Positions 41,001 through 54,984 of a stretch of DNA of 64,000 bases are shown one piece after another (the stretch's first letter is position 1; every line of letters starts with the position of its first letter). The notes beneath the pieces are model-generated. The model saw only the letters and a program-made list of their open reading frames with translations. It searched no databases and was not told the DNA's origin. The position numbers and the translations under genes are program-made. The DNA is from a virus (taxonomy: Duplodnaviria > Caudoviricetes): positions 32,001 to 96,000 of IMG/VR virus record IMGVR_UViG_3300018475_000104. The stretch is one strand, 5' to 3'.

Positions 41001-42606
41001 AGTATACATAAACTGTTCTAACAATACCTTGTTTTTCAATCTCTCCTGGGTTAATGCGTATATTATCGGCAATCTCTGTTTTACCAAAAATCTCTTTAAA
41101 AAATTCTACTTTTTCTATATAAATTTTAGAAGGAATATTAAATAAAATACCAAAATCTTCTGCTTTTAATAGTTCACTTCTAGAAAGTGTTTTAACACAC
41201 TCTGCTTCATATTCCAACCAATTATCAATTATTCCTTTATTAGTAATACTGAAATAAGGTTCACCAACAGAATAAATATTTTGCTCTCCATCGAGCTAAA
41301 AAGTTCCTATAAATGGCGAAACTTCATTGGAATATTCGTCTTTGCTTAAATCTTTCTTGGCTTTAATACGAATAATATAACGTTCACCTTTCTAAAAACC
41401 CTTTTCAAGATATTGACTATTCGCTTTGATTCCTCTATTTAAATAATAGCCACTATTATCTAGTCTTAAATAACTAAAAGACTCATAATTTTCAATTTTA
41501 AAAGCTTCATTTGATTCAAGATCTGCTAAAGAGGGATAATGCTCAAAAGTAATAGCGCCAAAGCCGCCACCAGCCCAACCCTCAATATTAGAAAAGTTTT
41601 CATAATTCGCAAGTAAATTTACAACAACAATAGGACTATTGTATTCTGTTTTTTCAAAGCCATAAATTTCTATTGGCTTATTATTTTCATCTTTACCTTC
41701 GTAAACATAAACAGTTCTTTTAATAGTAGGATCATAAACCTACTTTTGCTAACGAACTGGTCTCTCCGCGCGATAACGAGAGGAAACTTTTTCGCCATTG
41801 GCTAAATTAAATTTAATCTTCGCAGTATCAATTGTAACAGTATAATCATTTTCTTCCCATACAACATTTTCTACTCCATAAACTGGCATATCAATAATCA
41901 ACATACCATTTTCTTCAGTAGAAAATTGACCAGTCGTGCTGTATAAGAACTAGAAGTAAGGATTTTTATTAATTACTGTTGAATAAAATACAAGTAGTTT
42001 TCCATTTCCGTTAGTTGAAATAGTCGTTCCATCTACCTCAAAACTACCTGTCATATCAATACCACTTACTTCATAAACAGCCTCTTCTGTAACTTGTTCA
42101 ATAATATCACTACCTGCAAACTACCAATCACTTCCTTCGAGAACCTACTCTCCTAAGTATGCGGCGGTGCCTAGATTATTACCAAGTTTTTCATCAAATT
42201 CAAGATTAAAACCAGTTTTACTTAATTCATTAATAAATAAATCTTTACAAGTATAAGTAATTGATTTACCATTTGAATCCTCTTGAATACTTTTAATAAC
42301 CAAGTCATACCACTTGTTTTTCCAAAAGGCTTTAATTTTTCTTTCATTGGTCATTAATTTAGCAAAAGGATTAATGACTTTCTCACCAGTTTCTGTATCA
42401 ATATAGGTATAATACATCTTAAAAGTAAAAGTATTACTACCATTAATATTCTCAACCATTTTTGGTTCAATCGCGCGCCATTGCGCGGTTAAAGTATCAG
42501 AACCAATTATGGCTAATTTTTTTTCTGCATAGTGCTCAGGAATATTATCTGTCGCAGCAACAAGATAATCTTCCCAGAGGCTTATTTCATATTTATCTTT
42601 TAACAT
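38041..42606 (-). CDS. tail tip/hub (Tal-like) protein (~1,521 aa) with many in-frame TAGs
   Basis: Five co-frame fragments joined across TAG; follows Dit; ends at TGA overlapping the next start. Confidence 0.68.
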
Positions 42607-42617
42607 ATTAAGCCTCC

Positions 42618-43598
42618 TTAATAGTAAATATAATCATATTCAATTGTGTATTTAAAAGGTACATTTAAAAGAAATTCGCCAACAGGAATTTTAAAGAAAT
42701 CTCCTTTAGAAACATACTCATTGTATAAAGTGCCAGTTTCTTTGCCATTATCATCAATACCACTAATTAAATTAGTTTTACTATTAATACAAATACCAGC
42801 ATCATCCTTCTCATCTTTCTATTTTGGTTCGATTTTGCTCAGTTCTAAATGGCCAACTTCTATGTTTTCTTCATTTTCAAGTGTTATCTTACCTTGAATT
42901 GAGCCATCAGCAAACTTAGCAAAAATCTTACAATCAGTGTCAAAATCTCCACCATTATAAATATTTGCTTCATCCCAATCAAAAGTCCCTTCTGCTTTAA
43001 TTCCACTTTCAATGCGCCATTCTTCAAGATTTCCTATTGAGGCTTCTCCAAGTATGCCTGGTTTATATAAATCTCCACCTTCTGCCTCTCCAGGCCAATT
43101 ATCCCATTCTGGAATATTAGCACTGGTATAGTCTTCCAAATATTTAAATCTACTTCGCGCGAAAGGATAGTATGCAGTAAACGTTAATGTTCCTTCTCCT
43201 TTGTAAATTCTACAAGGATTACCATCCTTATCCTCTCCATCAAAACAAATTGTCTTCAACTAAGGAGTACCAGTAGATTTAGCCATATAAACTTTGTAAG
43301 GTCTTTCATCAAAAATTAACTCATGAATACCCTTATCGCCAAAATGCTGCCGCAGTCTACGATATTGCGCTTCTGTTAAACTATCAAAAGCAATTGGCAC
43401 ATTAAATGGTCTTTGCGTGTAAAAACTGCCAAAAAAATAAGTGCCATCCGCGCCAGGTACTTGAACTGTTTTATCCTAAATGGTAGGCAATAAATTTTCA
43501 TTATATCTACTACCATCACTCGTTCTAGTAATACCTAATTCCGAGGAATGAACACCATTAAAACTAAATGATATAAAATCGCCTTTTAAGCCGCCCAT
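42618..43598 (-). CDS. distal tail protein (Dit-like) with in-frame TAGs
   Basis: FSFNGVHSSELGI...PTI*DKTVQVPGADGTY...LIFDERPYK...FTAYYPFA; directly after tape measure. Confidence 0.7.
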
Positions 43599-43633
43599 TT
43601 CTTTTCCTCCTTTAGTCCTATAAAAAGGAATAA

Positions 43634-43669
43634 CTCCTTACTAATTCTAAGTGAAGAATTAGTAAGGAG
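43634..43669. other. long inverted repeat between tape measure and Dit genes
   Basis: CTCCTTACTAATTCT-aagtga-AGAATTAGTAAGGAG. Confidence 0.6.
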
Positions 43670-43680
43670 CCTCCAATAAA

Positions 43681-46600
43681 TTACCGTTGTAGTGAAATTG
43701 TGTTTACATTTCGATACATACCATCTTCATAGATATTTTGTTTAATACGTTCACTTAACTGGTCTACATCGTAATCACTACCGATTTCATCAACAATGAT
43801 ATCAATATCAAAGTAGTTGTCGCCGCCTTGTGCGGAAGTTTTTCCGGACATCGCGCCGAGTGCATCGGCCAGGATATCTTTTAGTACGATAAAGTTTTTG
43901 GTGTCTTGTTGGTTTAGAACAAGTTCGGGATGGGATTTTGTTCCGTCTAACCAAGCTGGGCCGGTGAAATCGGCAAGACCGCCGGTTTTGAAGGCTTTAT
44001 ACTTAGCGGATTTCATAACCGCATCATGAGTTTTTGGCCCATAAATACCATCAGCACTTACTCCAACTGCTTTTTGAAGTTTTCTTATTGCAGCAGTTGT
44101 TTTTTCACCAATAATACCATCAATAGAACCGGCATTAAAACCTGCAGCATTTAAGGCTTTTTGAAGTGTTTTTATTTCACTTTTTGTTGTTGGCCGACGT
44201 TTTGAAGCAATAGTTTCTGTTAAAGACTTAAAGTAGCCCTTGTCAGTACCTTCGTTATCGTCAAGGGATGTTGTTCCTCCCTGCTCTCCACCTTGTGTTT
44301 TAGGAGATTCTTTCTTTTTCTCCCCAGCCTCTTCTGCAGTAGTATAATCTCCATTAAACATCTGCACAACGTCTTTATAAGTTTCACCATCTGCAGTTGT
44401 AACACTACCATCTTTATTAACAGTACCAGTTAAAGTCTCGCCTTTACTATTTCTAAAGGTGACAGTTTTACCAGCTATACCATCAATCTTCTCAAGCTAT
44501 CTACTTGAACCTTCTCCTATAATCCAAGCCAAACCACTCATTATAGTTTGTTCAAGATCATCAACCCAAGTAGCTTTTTGTTGTTCAGACATTGATTTCC
44601 AATCGCTATTAGCAGTTAAAAGTTTGCCTAAAGGAGAAGATGGATCAATTTTACCATCATTTTCAACCAGTTGGGCAATTAAATCATGTGCTTGTTCCCA
44701 GAAATATCCGGTTTCTTGCTAATAATCAAGCTAAGATTGCATTATCTCAATCTAACGTTCTCTTTGCTCTGCGGCCTCCTCATTGGCTTTATTTAGTCGT
44801 TCAATTTCTTGGTCAACTAAAGTATCGCCATAAGATTCTCTTGCTTCGGCAAGTTGTTCTTCAAGTTCAAGAATCTCAAGACGATTACCGCTAGAAGTAT
44901 CCGCGCGCAAGTATGCGAGACGAGCTTCCATTTCAGCAATATCTTCTTCTTGTTTTGTATTGTCGCGAATCTAACGCTCTAGGTCAATTGATTCCTGAAG
45001 TGCAGTTAGCATATTAGAAGAAGATTCAGACAAGGTTTCGGAAAGCGTTGAATAATTATCAATTAAAAGTTGTCTATCAGCAACAATTGCATCGTAAACT
45101 TGTTGTTCAAGTTCTTCATAATCTTCACGACCTTGCTCAAGAATCTCAGCAACTTTATCATCGATTTCATAAAGAGTATCTTCTGTTTCTTCGATTTGAC
45201 CAGCAACTTCATCATAACGAGATTTTAAAGCTTCAATTAATGCACCCTGGTCTTCACCAGTTTTTTCATTTTTCTCAATTGCTTCAATTCTGTCCCAGTC
45301 AATCCAAAGCTCTCCGGTTTTCTGGTCATATCCCATGTACTTATCAATTGAGCCAAGTCCAAGACGTTTGAATTCTTCCGCAAAAGTTGTACGGAATTGT
45401 TCCTCTTCATCTCCGTTCCTTTTTGTTGCAATGTAAGATTCATTTGCTAGATTCTTTAGTTGTCTTTTTCTTCCTTCAAGAAGTTCCTTTTGTAAGCTGC
45501 GCTCTCGTTCAAGATTTGCAAGTTGGTCTTTTTGGTTTTCGTAGAGGTCTTTGAAGGTTTTTGTACGATCTTTTAAGATTCGGTCGTAATCAATTTCAAG
45601 TTGATTGCGGTCACGAAGAGTTTCATCAATTTGTTCTTGTTTGTTGTGGAGTTCATCGTAGGGATTTTCCCAGTGCTAAGTTTTTGGCTTCGAGGACCCA
45701 CCTCCGCCACCGCCTTTTTTCTATTTTCCAGCATCTATATTGCCAGTAGAAATTCCTCCTCCACCAGAACCGGTAGAAGTTAAAGTTTTAACAACAGGAA
45801 AATAACCTGTTATACTTTGTGGCTATCCAGTTGTAGTAACAGTATGCCATTTTGTAGGCATTTTACTGCTCGGATCATATTCATCAATAACACGTTCTGT
45901 ATATTCAGAAGGAACCATTCTGGTATCTTTAACATATTCTATTTCTGCATCAAAACCCATTGCTTTAACAGATTCTTGAATCTGTTCAGCCGATAAGTTT
46001 GACGCTGCAGCCATATCGTTAAAGGCATTAATAAATTCTTGTGACCCCTCGCCATTCCACTAGACACCAGCTTCTAAATTAGGAATATCAACCCCTTGTA
46101 TATAGTCTGAAAATTCTTGAATGGCGCTTTTCGCACCCTCAACATCTTCTACTTGTAAGCCTAAGTCTATATTATTTAGATAGTCAGAAGCAGCAGCTTT
46201 TTGTAATGCTTCTAAAGCTTCAGTATCTCCTTCTGCGGCCTTCTTTAGATTATCCATATTCTCTGCATTGTCCCAGAAGGCATCAGATAAATCTTCGGAA
46301 GTATTAAGCATTGTATTAACAGACTTCTTTAATTTATTATACGCTGCGACATCTTCGCTTGAACTTGCTTTTATAGTACCAGTATTTTCGTCAATCAATC
46401 CTGTCCATTCGTCATAAGATTCAATGATTTCACCTAAACCTAGATTCATCTTAGAATTTGCTAAGGCAACCTAAGTCGCAGTTACTTTGTTAAGACCTTC
46501 ATTTATATTTTGAAGATGCTCAGCATAGGCTGTCATTTCATTTACATCGAGACCTGCCTCTATAGCTTCATTTTGCGCACTATAGATTATACTTTCATCG

Positions 46601-49600
46601 CTATGGCCCAACGCCTCTGCTTCAGCCGAGCTATATTTGGCAGCTTCAGCCATCGCGGCAGCCTTTTCCAAAATAGCAGACGTCTCTTCGCCGGTATTTA
46701 AAAGATTAATATAATTATCATAAGCCTATTGAATTCTTGCAATATAAGCCTCATTGGTTTCGTCTTCTCTCTTTCCGTCTTCGCCAAGAACGCCTAGCAT
46801 ACTACCAGCATTTTCAAGAGTAACTTCACCGCCAATCAGTTTGCCATTATCATCAACAGAAGTTATCCCACCTAAACCTTTGTCTGTAATAGAAAACCGC
46901 CCAGTTTCTTCATCATAAATAATATTATCAGTTACATTGCTAATAGCAGCTTCATAGGCTTTATTATGTCGAGTTAAAGTATTCTCCGCATTTATTGCGT
47001 TCTACTCTTTTAATTTTTCTGTAGCAACTTCAATTTCTTCTGCTGAGGCCTACCAGCCTTCAGCAGTTAATTGAAAATTACTAATATCTACACCGGCCTC
47101 AACCAAATATTGAACATCTTCATAAGTCCCTTTTCCATCTGATAGGCGGCTCTCAATTTCGGAAATTCCTATAAGTTTTTGCTGGAACCTCTCTGTTAAA
47201 TTTAATGCCTAACCAATACTTGTAACAAAAGCATTGGCGCCTCCGGTTGCTTTTTCCCAAAAATTCTATACTTCAGTAGTATCAAAGCCCTAAGTCTATA
47301 AATATTCCATGGCTTCTACTGCCTAAGACATGTCTGACCAGTCGACAGTAGACAGATAATTACTTAAAACATTTTTTGCATTTCCCGACTTCTAAGACAC
47401 TACTTGTTCAAACTCTTTGAGATAGTCTTCAGTAGCCTATTTAGATAAATTTTGAGTTTGTTTAGCTAAATTTGATAAAAGTGCAGGAGAAATTTCTGAA
47501 AGGAAGCCAGAGTCTACAAGTATACCCTTATTATTAAAAGCTTTTGTAGCTTCTGTTTTAACCTAAGTAATCTATTCTTGAAATTTCTAATCCTCTAAAA
47601 ATAGCTAAGCCTCTAGAGAAATAACTTCTCCTTTTTGTTCTTGTTCTGTTATATAACTATTAATATTTTCATCTGTTATTTCTTCTGGTTTTTTACCTTC
47701 TTTTTCCAAGGCAAAGCGTGCAACTGCTTTTTGTTCAGTATCACTCAAATCCTCAAAGAAAGTCATATCATATCCTAAATTTTCTCTAATTGCCGCTTCA
47801 GCTTCTGAACCTTCACCATAGATCTTTGTAAGAAGCTCATATTGAGAAGTTCCTTCCAAAGCCTTTAATTCTCCCATTGATAGCTTAGAAGTGTCCTTTG
47901 ATATAAAAGCAGATAACTGTTTCTATTCTTCATCAGTTAATTTTTCCTGCATTGCTAGTCTGAATTCTTCTAATTTTGCTACTTTTTCCTCTGTCTTTAG
48001 AGCATACGCTATAGCCTTAGACATCTCTTTATAATTACCTTCAATTTCAGCAGGAATTTCAGAGACTTTCATTACATCTTTATATAAAGCTTCTATCTGC
48101 TAATTTTCATTGCCAACAACGTCTAAATCTCGTGATTCCATCAGCTCTTTTCTTTTCGCATCTTCTGAGCCTGAAGATTCAGTATTATAAATTTCGTCAT
48201 AAACATAATCATCAATATAAGTACTATATTCTTCTTCTGACATTGGCTGAGCAAAACTACTAATAATTGCATCAGAATATTCATAATTAAGAGTCTCTTG
48301 AGACGCAGCAGTAGTTAATAATCCCTCTGTCATTGCCAAATTAGTGCTTTCAGCAGCCAATACTGCAGAAGTATAAGAAGTTAAAGCTCCTTCTAAAGTA
48401 GCAAGATGCATAGCAGTTTGAGAAGAACCATTAGCTAGTTTTAATAGATCTTCATTAAAAACCTTAATCGTATCATTGTCTTTGAAAAATAAATCAGGTC
48501 GATTGGTATAACCATAACTATCTAAAACTTTATTTTGTTCTTCTTGGGATAATTTTGAAAACTCTTCTTCAGTTAATTCTTTAGATGAAAAGATGGCAGG
48601 ATTCTTTTTAAAACTATTTATAATAGTCTCTAATGGAATACCAGCATTTATTAATAATTTTTCATACTCTTCAGTTAAATTTTCTTTTTCTCCGCCAGCA
48701 CTTAGATTAGTTTGACGTACTTGATTCATTATTAAAGAAGCATTAGCAGCTTTTATACCTTTCTCTTGATCAGCAAGTACTTTTTCAAAGCCCTCATCAC
48801 TAATAACTAGTTGTCCATCTTCGCCTCTAGATAGATACTCAGCTAATTTAGGATAAGTATTTAAAAGTTGTAAAACTTGATTGTTTGCTTCAAGCAAGGC
48901 TTGCTTCCATTCATTTGTTCCCTTTGTTAAACCTTCAAGTGTTTTTTGAAGTTCATTAAATTCGTCTCTATCCTATAATAAATTATCATATTCTTCTTTT
49001 GCGGCTTTTGCAGACTATTCTGCCGCATCAGTGGCTTTTTTTGCTGCTTCAAGTTTTCCTTCTAGAGAATTAGCATAATCAGCTTTAAAAGTATTAATTA
49101 ATATGCCAGCTAAAACTCCTAGTGCCGCGACCACTCCAATAATCCAACCAATAACAGGAATAGATACTATTGATGTTGTAACGCTAGATGAAAAAATTTG
49201 TGCGGCAACCTAAACTACCTAAAAAATAACTGGTAAGGTCATTAAAGCTACACCAATTGCTTTTATTACAGTAGTAACTTCTTCTCCAACTCCCAAAGAT
49301 TCCAATCCTTCCGCAGCAATCATTAACAGTCCACCTACTGTTGCCGCGGCTTGACCCATAGTATCCATGGATGCCCCAAACTTATTTAACGTTGCTCCAG
49401 CCTAAGCCGCTTCTTTTCCAGTTAGCTAAATTTGCTTCCCCGTGCCTTCCAAAGCTTTATTAATACCATCTACATCTAAAGAATCCCCAGATAGACTACT
49501 TCGAATTTTATCATTTATCTCTTCTGAAAGGCCCATGCCACTAACCTATGTTAAAATATTCTCTTTTAGGGCCGTCATGCCTTCTGGCTTTACATTTTCA

Positions 49601-51894
49601 AAATTTAATGAGTTTAAATCAAAAATTTTAGTATAGTTTTTTTCTAAAATTGGTACACCTTTTTTAATACCAATAGCATTTAAAAGACTCTCTTTAAAAC
49701 CTTTTTCTTTTATTCCTGTAATTTTTGCTTTTATTCCATTAACTAAATTTTTTCCAATACCTTCTCCTTCTTTTTGGGCTTCTTTTCTTACATAACCCAT
49801 ACTCTTTAAAATACTGTCAAATGGACCAGCCTAACCTTTCCCACCTAATAGGCCTCTGCCAATTTTAAAAGCACTTAAAAGACCCATGGCTGTTACAAAG
49901 GTTTTTACTATACCACTTCCGCCAGATAAAGTATCTATTATTTTATTAAGTGTTTCTAAAAGAAAAGTTAGAGTTTCAACTCCAGCCTTTAATAAGTCAC
50001 TATTAAATAGTCCCATAATAAAAGTATCCCAAGCATTCTTTAACTCATTCAACTTTGAATCTAGACTATCTAGTGTTTTATTAAATTGTTCAGTACTTGC
50101 GCCAGCACTATTATTTGCCGCATTTGTTAATTCAACAGTTCTTTCGTAGTCGCTCATCATAGCAATAAAACGAGACTGTTGTCTTGAACCTGCCGCAGTT
50201 GTGGCAATATATCTCTGTGTCTCAAAATCAAGTGTATCCCACTTTTCAGCAAGACGCAATAATACATCCTCTAAACCTTCAGTACCCTTAAAGAAGTCAT
50301 CCATCGAAATTCCAACTGTTCTTAAAGCAGTTTGAATTTTATTTACATCAATAACTTCTCCTTCTTCATCTTCACCAGTACTCTGCCCTTCATTAGCTAA
50401 TTTTTTAACTTCTGAAAAACGAGCAATAATTGTCTTTAATGCAGTACCAGCAGTTTCAGGAGCTTCTTGGGTTGTTTCAATAATCTGTGCTAATAGTGCC
50501 GCAGTATTTTCAAACTCCATATTAGCACTTGATGCGATTGAAGCAGTTTTAGACATAGCTGTGGCAATTTGGGAAGTATCAGCCGCAGTAATAGCCGCCA
50601 ATTCTGAATAAACATCATTAACGGTTTGTGCGTTCATTTCATTTACTTCCATATTAAAACCACGTAGCGCCGCAGTCATTGCAGTGGTTGCTTCAGTAGC
50701 ATCCATGTTAGCAATGCGCGCCATCTTCATGGTTTCAACACCAACGCCCATAGCTTCATTAGTCTTTAAGCCTTGCTGATAGTATAGAGTGGTTGCACCA
50801 TATAAATCATTAATACGCGCGCCAAGCTAAGAAGCTTCTTGCGAATATTGTGGAAGTTTTCCCCACATATCCCCAACAGAAAACTCTGTAACTACAGCAG
50901 CCTCTGTCATTGTAGCGTCTAATTCTTTTACCGTTTCAAGGGCAGAATTAACAGCTCTTTTAAAAAGCTAAACAGCATTTCCAATTGAGAAAAAGTTTAA
51001 AATAGAGTTCTTTAAATGATCAACATCCTAAGCAGTTTTATTTAAAGAATTTGCAGTATCTACACTAGTCTTTCCAAAATTTTCAGCACTCTGGCGTGCC
51101 ATTTCCATTTTTTCTTTTAGGTCTGGAAATTGAGCTATAAATTCATCCAATCTTTTCTAAGCTAAATTTTCAATTAAATTTGAAATATTTGCAATATCTG
51201 CTTTCGCGCCTTCAACGTCTCCACTATTAGCAAAATTTGTAAGAGAGGTTTGTAACTCTTGAATTTGCTTTAAATACTCTTTTGCCGCAGTGTGTTCAGC
51301 ACTTCCTGTTTTTTCTCCTTTCTCAAGCTTTGTTAATGTTGCCTTCGCAGTAGATTCAAGAGTTTTTAAAGCCTTTTCTGCGGCAGGAATATCATTTTCT
51401 GCTATCGCTTTTATAAAATTTTGGCTTGAAATACCACCTTTTTTGCCAAAGTCCTGTAGTATCTAAGACATCTTGGCCGAAAAGCCTTTAAATTGATCAC
51501 CATTTAATAAAGTTGTAAGTCTCTATTGAGCATTAGCCAGTTGCTTATTTAGTTCTTCAAGCTCTTTTGGATTAACCTAAAAAGAATCTCTAAGCATTCC
51601 AGGGCTAATCTGATTAGCCTGCTGCTAAAGCTAAAACATTAATTGATTAATCTTTTGATAGCTCTTTTCTAAAGCAGTAACGTCCCCTTGTTTTTTAAAA
51701 CCAGAAGTCATTAGCCCCTAAATCTTACTTGTCTCTTTTTCAATTCCATCAAAAGTTTTTGTAAAACTTGTTTTTAATTTGTCTGGTAGCTTTAAACTAT
51801 TAATCGCACTTTGAATTGCACCAACATTACTAGTAATATCTTTTATGTCGCTGACCATCTTCAAAGTAACTTGAATTGTTTGTTTATCTGCCAT
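43681..51894 (-). CDS. tape measure protein (~2,737 aa) with C-terminal peptidoglycan-binding domain; more than 20 in-frame TAGs
   Basis: Nine track fragments share one frame; TMP core (TAALRGF, AGTALKTIIARF, AGSRQQSRF); PG-binding LQKALN...DGIIGEKT...DGIYGPKT. Confidence 0.85.
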
Positions 51895-51952
51895 CTCTTT
51901 TCCTCCTAAATAAAAAAATCGACATTAATTAAAAATTAATGTCGATTTCTCC

Positions 51953-52735
51953 TTAAAAGTCTATATCTTCATCCAAAACAATAAAATTACAGACATAGCT
52001 TGTTCCTCTACCACCCATGGGGACGCCAACAGCATTAAAATTAACCGTTGCTGGGTCAGCGTTACGTCCCAATCTAATAGATAAATCAGACATTAATTTT
52101 AATCTTGGTATTTCAATAATACCAGTTACTGTACGTCCGTTTTCACTTTCCTTTAATCGCGTTTTGGCTTCGAGTTTTAGATAGCCATTCCATAGACGTC
52201 TACCAACTTGGATGATTTGGGCTTCGTTTACATATTCCCAATCATAAGTTACATAAACATCATTGTATGGTTTCTCAATTTTTAATTCTTTGCCCGAAAC
52301 CTCAAAATCAAGCTTTTCTCCTGTTTCTCTATCATATAAAAATAGGTTCTGCTTTGGTTCTCTTTTAAGTGTAATTAATCCATCTTCCGAACTTTCAAGA
52401 CTTTCTCTTTCAGTTAGAATAATTGGATTAGAAATTTTTTGAGAACCAAGTAAACGAGAATTGCTAATTAAACTTAAGTGGTCTACAGAAAAAATACCTT
52501 GTGTAAAACTGAGTGGAACTTCGCGAGTTGTTTCCCAGTTTACCCACGCGCGATTGTCGAAACCACCTCGCGCGGAAACTCTGTCTTTTAGTTCCTAAAG
52601 ACCGCCAATTTGGATATTGTCAAAAGCCATTACAATTTCGCCAGGTTCAATTTTTCTGTTACCTAACTCTATAGGATAAGTAGATTTTAGTGTGACTCCG
52701 TATAGTTCTTTGAGACCTTGTAAGTCGTTATTCAT
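51953..52735 (-). CDS. tail-tube paralogue / minor tail protein, one in-frame TAG (not in track)
   Basis: Aligns by eye with the neighbouring tube protein (ARGGFDNRAWVNWE vs ARGGKGNPALIMWD; IPRLKLMSD vs IPKAKVQSE). Confidence 0.7.
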
Positions 52736-52804
52736 CTTTTTCTCTCCTAAAGTAAATAAGGCGAAGGATTACCTCCTCCGCCTTACAGATTTTTTAATTA
52801 ATTA

Positions 52805-53719
52805 TTAGCCTTCAGCCTGCTCGTCTGTGCCAGGTTCTGTGCCAGCAACTACAACCTCTTCCTTAGCGAGGTTATGGTTATGGATTAATTCAACAGTATT
52901 TTCTTCCGCAGCAGCACCTTCATCACCAGCTAATTCATATTTAACTAGCTTCATCATCTTACCATCGGCAGGACGTAGAACACGTAGACTCATATTGAAT
53001 ACAGAAGGATCACCTTCAGCTTCTAGAGTAATAGTATTTTCAGATTGTACCTTAGCCTTAGGAATAATAAACTGGAAGAATTCATCTTTACCAGAAGCTT
53101 CGCTACGAGCAAAAGTATCACCAGTTACATAATATGTACCGGGGAAGCTGTTAGCAGAAATTTCAATGACAGAACCCTCAGCAGCGAGGTCAAAAGTACA
53201 GAAATATTTATTATCCGCCTCTAGTTTCTCTACTAGCTTGTCATTTTCGTCATAGAACTTAGGATTAATTTTAGCATATCTATTGCCATCGGGAGCTTCA
53301 AACTTAGCATTCCAACCGCAATCTGCTAAAGCAGCAGTATCTTTTACTCCACCATCGGTTTCATCATAAGCAATAGAAGCAACAGCTTTGGTGCAAGTAA
53401 ATACTTCAGTTTTCATAATATAACTACCAGTAGCAATTTCCTTAACCTTACCATTACCAAACATAATAGCCATGGATTTGGCAGAGAATAGAGCATCCTC
53501 TAGAGTTACATTAATTTCCTTACCATAGTCCCACATAATTAGAGCAGGGTTACCCTTACCACCACGAGCCTCAGCGGTTTCAGCGGTCTGCTCAATGGTA
53601 GAAACTTTTAGAGTGTCTAGGTATAGAACAGGAGAAGTAGGCATGCCGTTATTATTTAATTCATAAAAAGTTACGTCAGCAACTTCTTTAATACCATATC
53701 TATCAAGAATACTAGCCAT
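52805..53719 (-). CDS. probable major tail tube protein (TAG-free)
   Basis: Position between neck genes and TMP, high-expression codon bias, downstream hairpin near 52757-52785. Confidence 0.65.
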   Translation of the reverse strand: MASILDRYGIKEVADVTFYELNNNGMPTSPVLYLDTLKVSTIEQTAETAEARGGKGNPALIMWDYGKEINVTLEDALFSAKSMAIMFGNGKVKEIATGSYIMKTEVFTCTKAVASIAYDETDGGVKDTAALADCGWNAKFEAPDGNRYAKINPKFYDENDKLVEKLEADNKYFCTFDLAAEGSVIEISANSFPGTYYVTGDTFARSEASGKDEFFQFIIPKAKVQSENTITLEAEGDPSVFNMSLRVLRPADGKMMKLVKYELAGDEGAAAEENTVELIHNHNLAKEEVVVAGTEPGTDEQAEG

Positions 53720-53750
53720 TTTTTATATAGCCTCCTATATAATTTTAATT

Positions 53751-54494
53751 TTAATCATCAATTTTCCTAATCCAATATTTGGGTTTAACCTTTTTTGCTC
53801 CTGCCATAACGCTTTTAATATCAACTTCATACTTCTCTCTCTCTTGAAAAGTACGCATTATAGGCGAAATCGCGCAGTAGCTTATCTCTCCGATATTAAG
53901 TGGAGTTAAACCTATACCCATACAACAAATTGCGACCAAAGTAGATTTTAAATCCAATCCATCTTTGCTTTGTTGTTTGGCTTTTATTTTATCTCTATAA
54001 CGCGCGCGAGCCTTCATTTGTTTAATCTTCCAATGCTCATTTGGATTCGGTGGTTCAATTGCTTTCTAACCACACGCTTCGCGCACAATATTCTAAAAGG
54101 CAAAAAAGTTTTCTTCATTAATAGTTCTCAATTCAGAAACGTTCTTAATCTTTGGTAAAACTTCTTTCAAATCTCCAACTACTATTGTCTTTTGCTCAAA
54201 AAGTAAGGTAACTTCTTCGCGCAAGAAAAACTTAAATGCATCTTTTATTAACAAATGAATCTTATCTTGCTAATAAGCAAGTGCTAAAAGAGTTTCAAGA
54301 GGAGTGAGCATATCTTTCAAATCAATTTTCTTTTCAACATACTCATCCTCAATCTCTTCTTGAGAAGTTGTCAACAACTTCTAATAAGTCCCAAAATATC
54401 TATTGGCAACCACATCTTTAACTTTTGGGGGATAGATATAAATATCTTTTTGGAAGAACAATGGTTCTCCAATAAAAGATACAACATCATTCAT
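53751..54494 (-). CDS. hypothetical virion-assembly protein with in-frame TAGs
   Basis: MNDVVSFIGEP...YPPKVKDV...; co-frame with track ORF 53751-54017. Confidence 0.62.
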
Positions 54495-54984
54495 AAGCCA
54501 CCATATTAAAAGTCATTTCATAACAAGACATTTCTTCAGTTAGGAAGTTCAAATCGAAACCCCCAAATTCAATTCGTCCTAAACCTTCAATAACCTTGCC
54601 TTCAAGACTTTTCTAAATTTCACTCATAATCAAAAAAGGTCTTAAACTAACATCTTTTAAAATCCATTGAGTAAGTGGAACGAAAACTTCAAAAGCAAGT
54701 GAAATATTTTGAAATTCAGAATTCGTCGTAGTTTTTCTACCACGAGTAACTCTAAAAGCAATAATTGATTGCGCGCCTTCTTTTGCTTCCGCGCCGACTC
54801 TTGGGACAATTTTTATTAACTTTTCAAAAATCTCTTTTTGAACTTGTTCTTTGGTTAAATCCTACTGACTAAAGGGGTCTTTATCAGTATAGTAAAGCAA
54901 CTTTAATAAGTTCTGATTTGCCGTCAACCTTTTAACAATATTCTAAAGATTGTAGCCCATCTCCTGCAATTGTCTTACTTTCAT
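54487..54984 (-). CDS. putative neck/tail-completion protein with in-frame TAGs (not in track)
   Basis: MKVRQLQEMGYNL*NIVKRL...LLYYTDKDP...; ends TGA. Confidence 0.6.
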
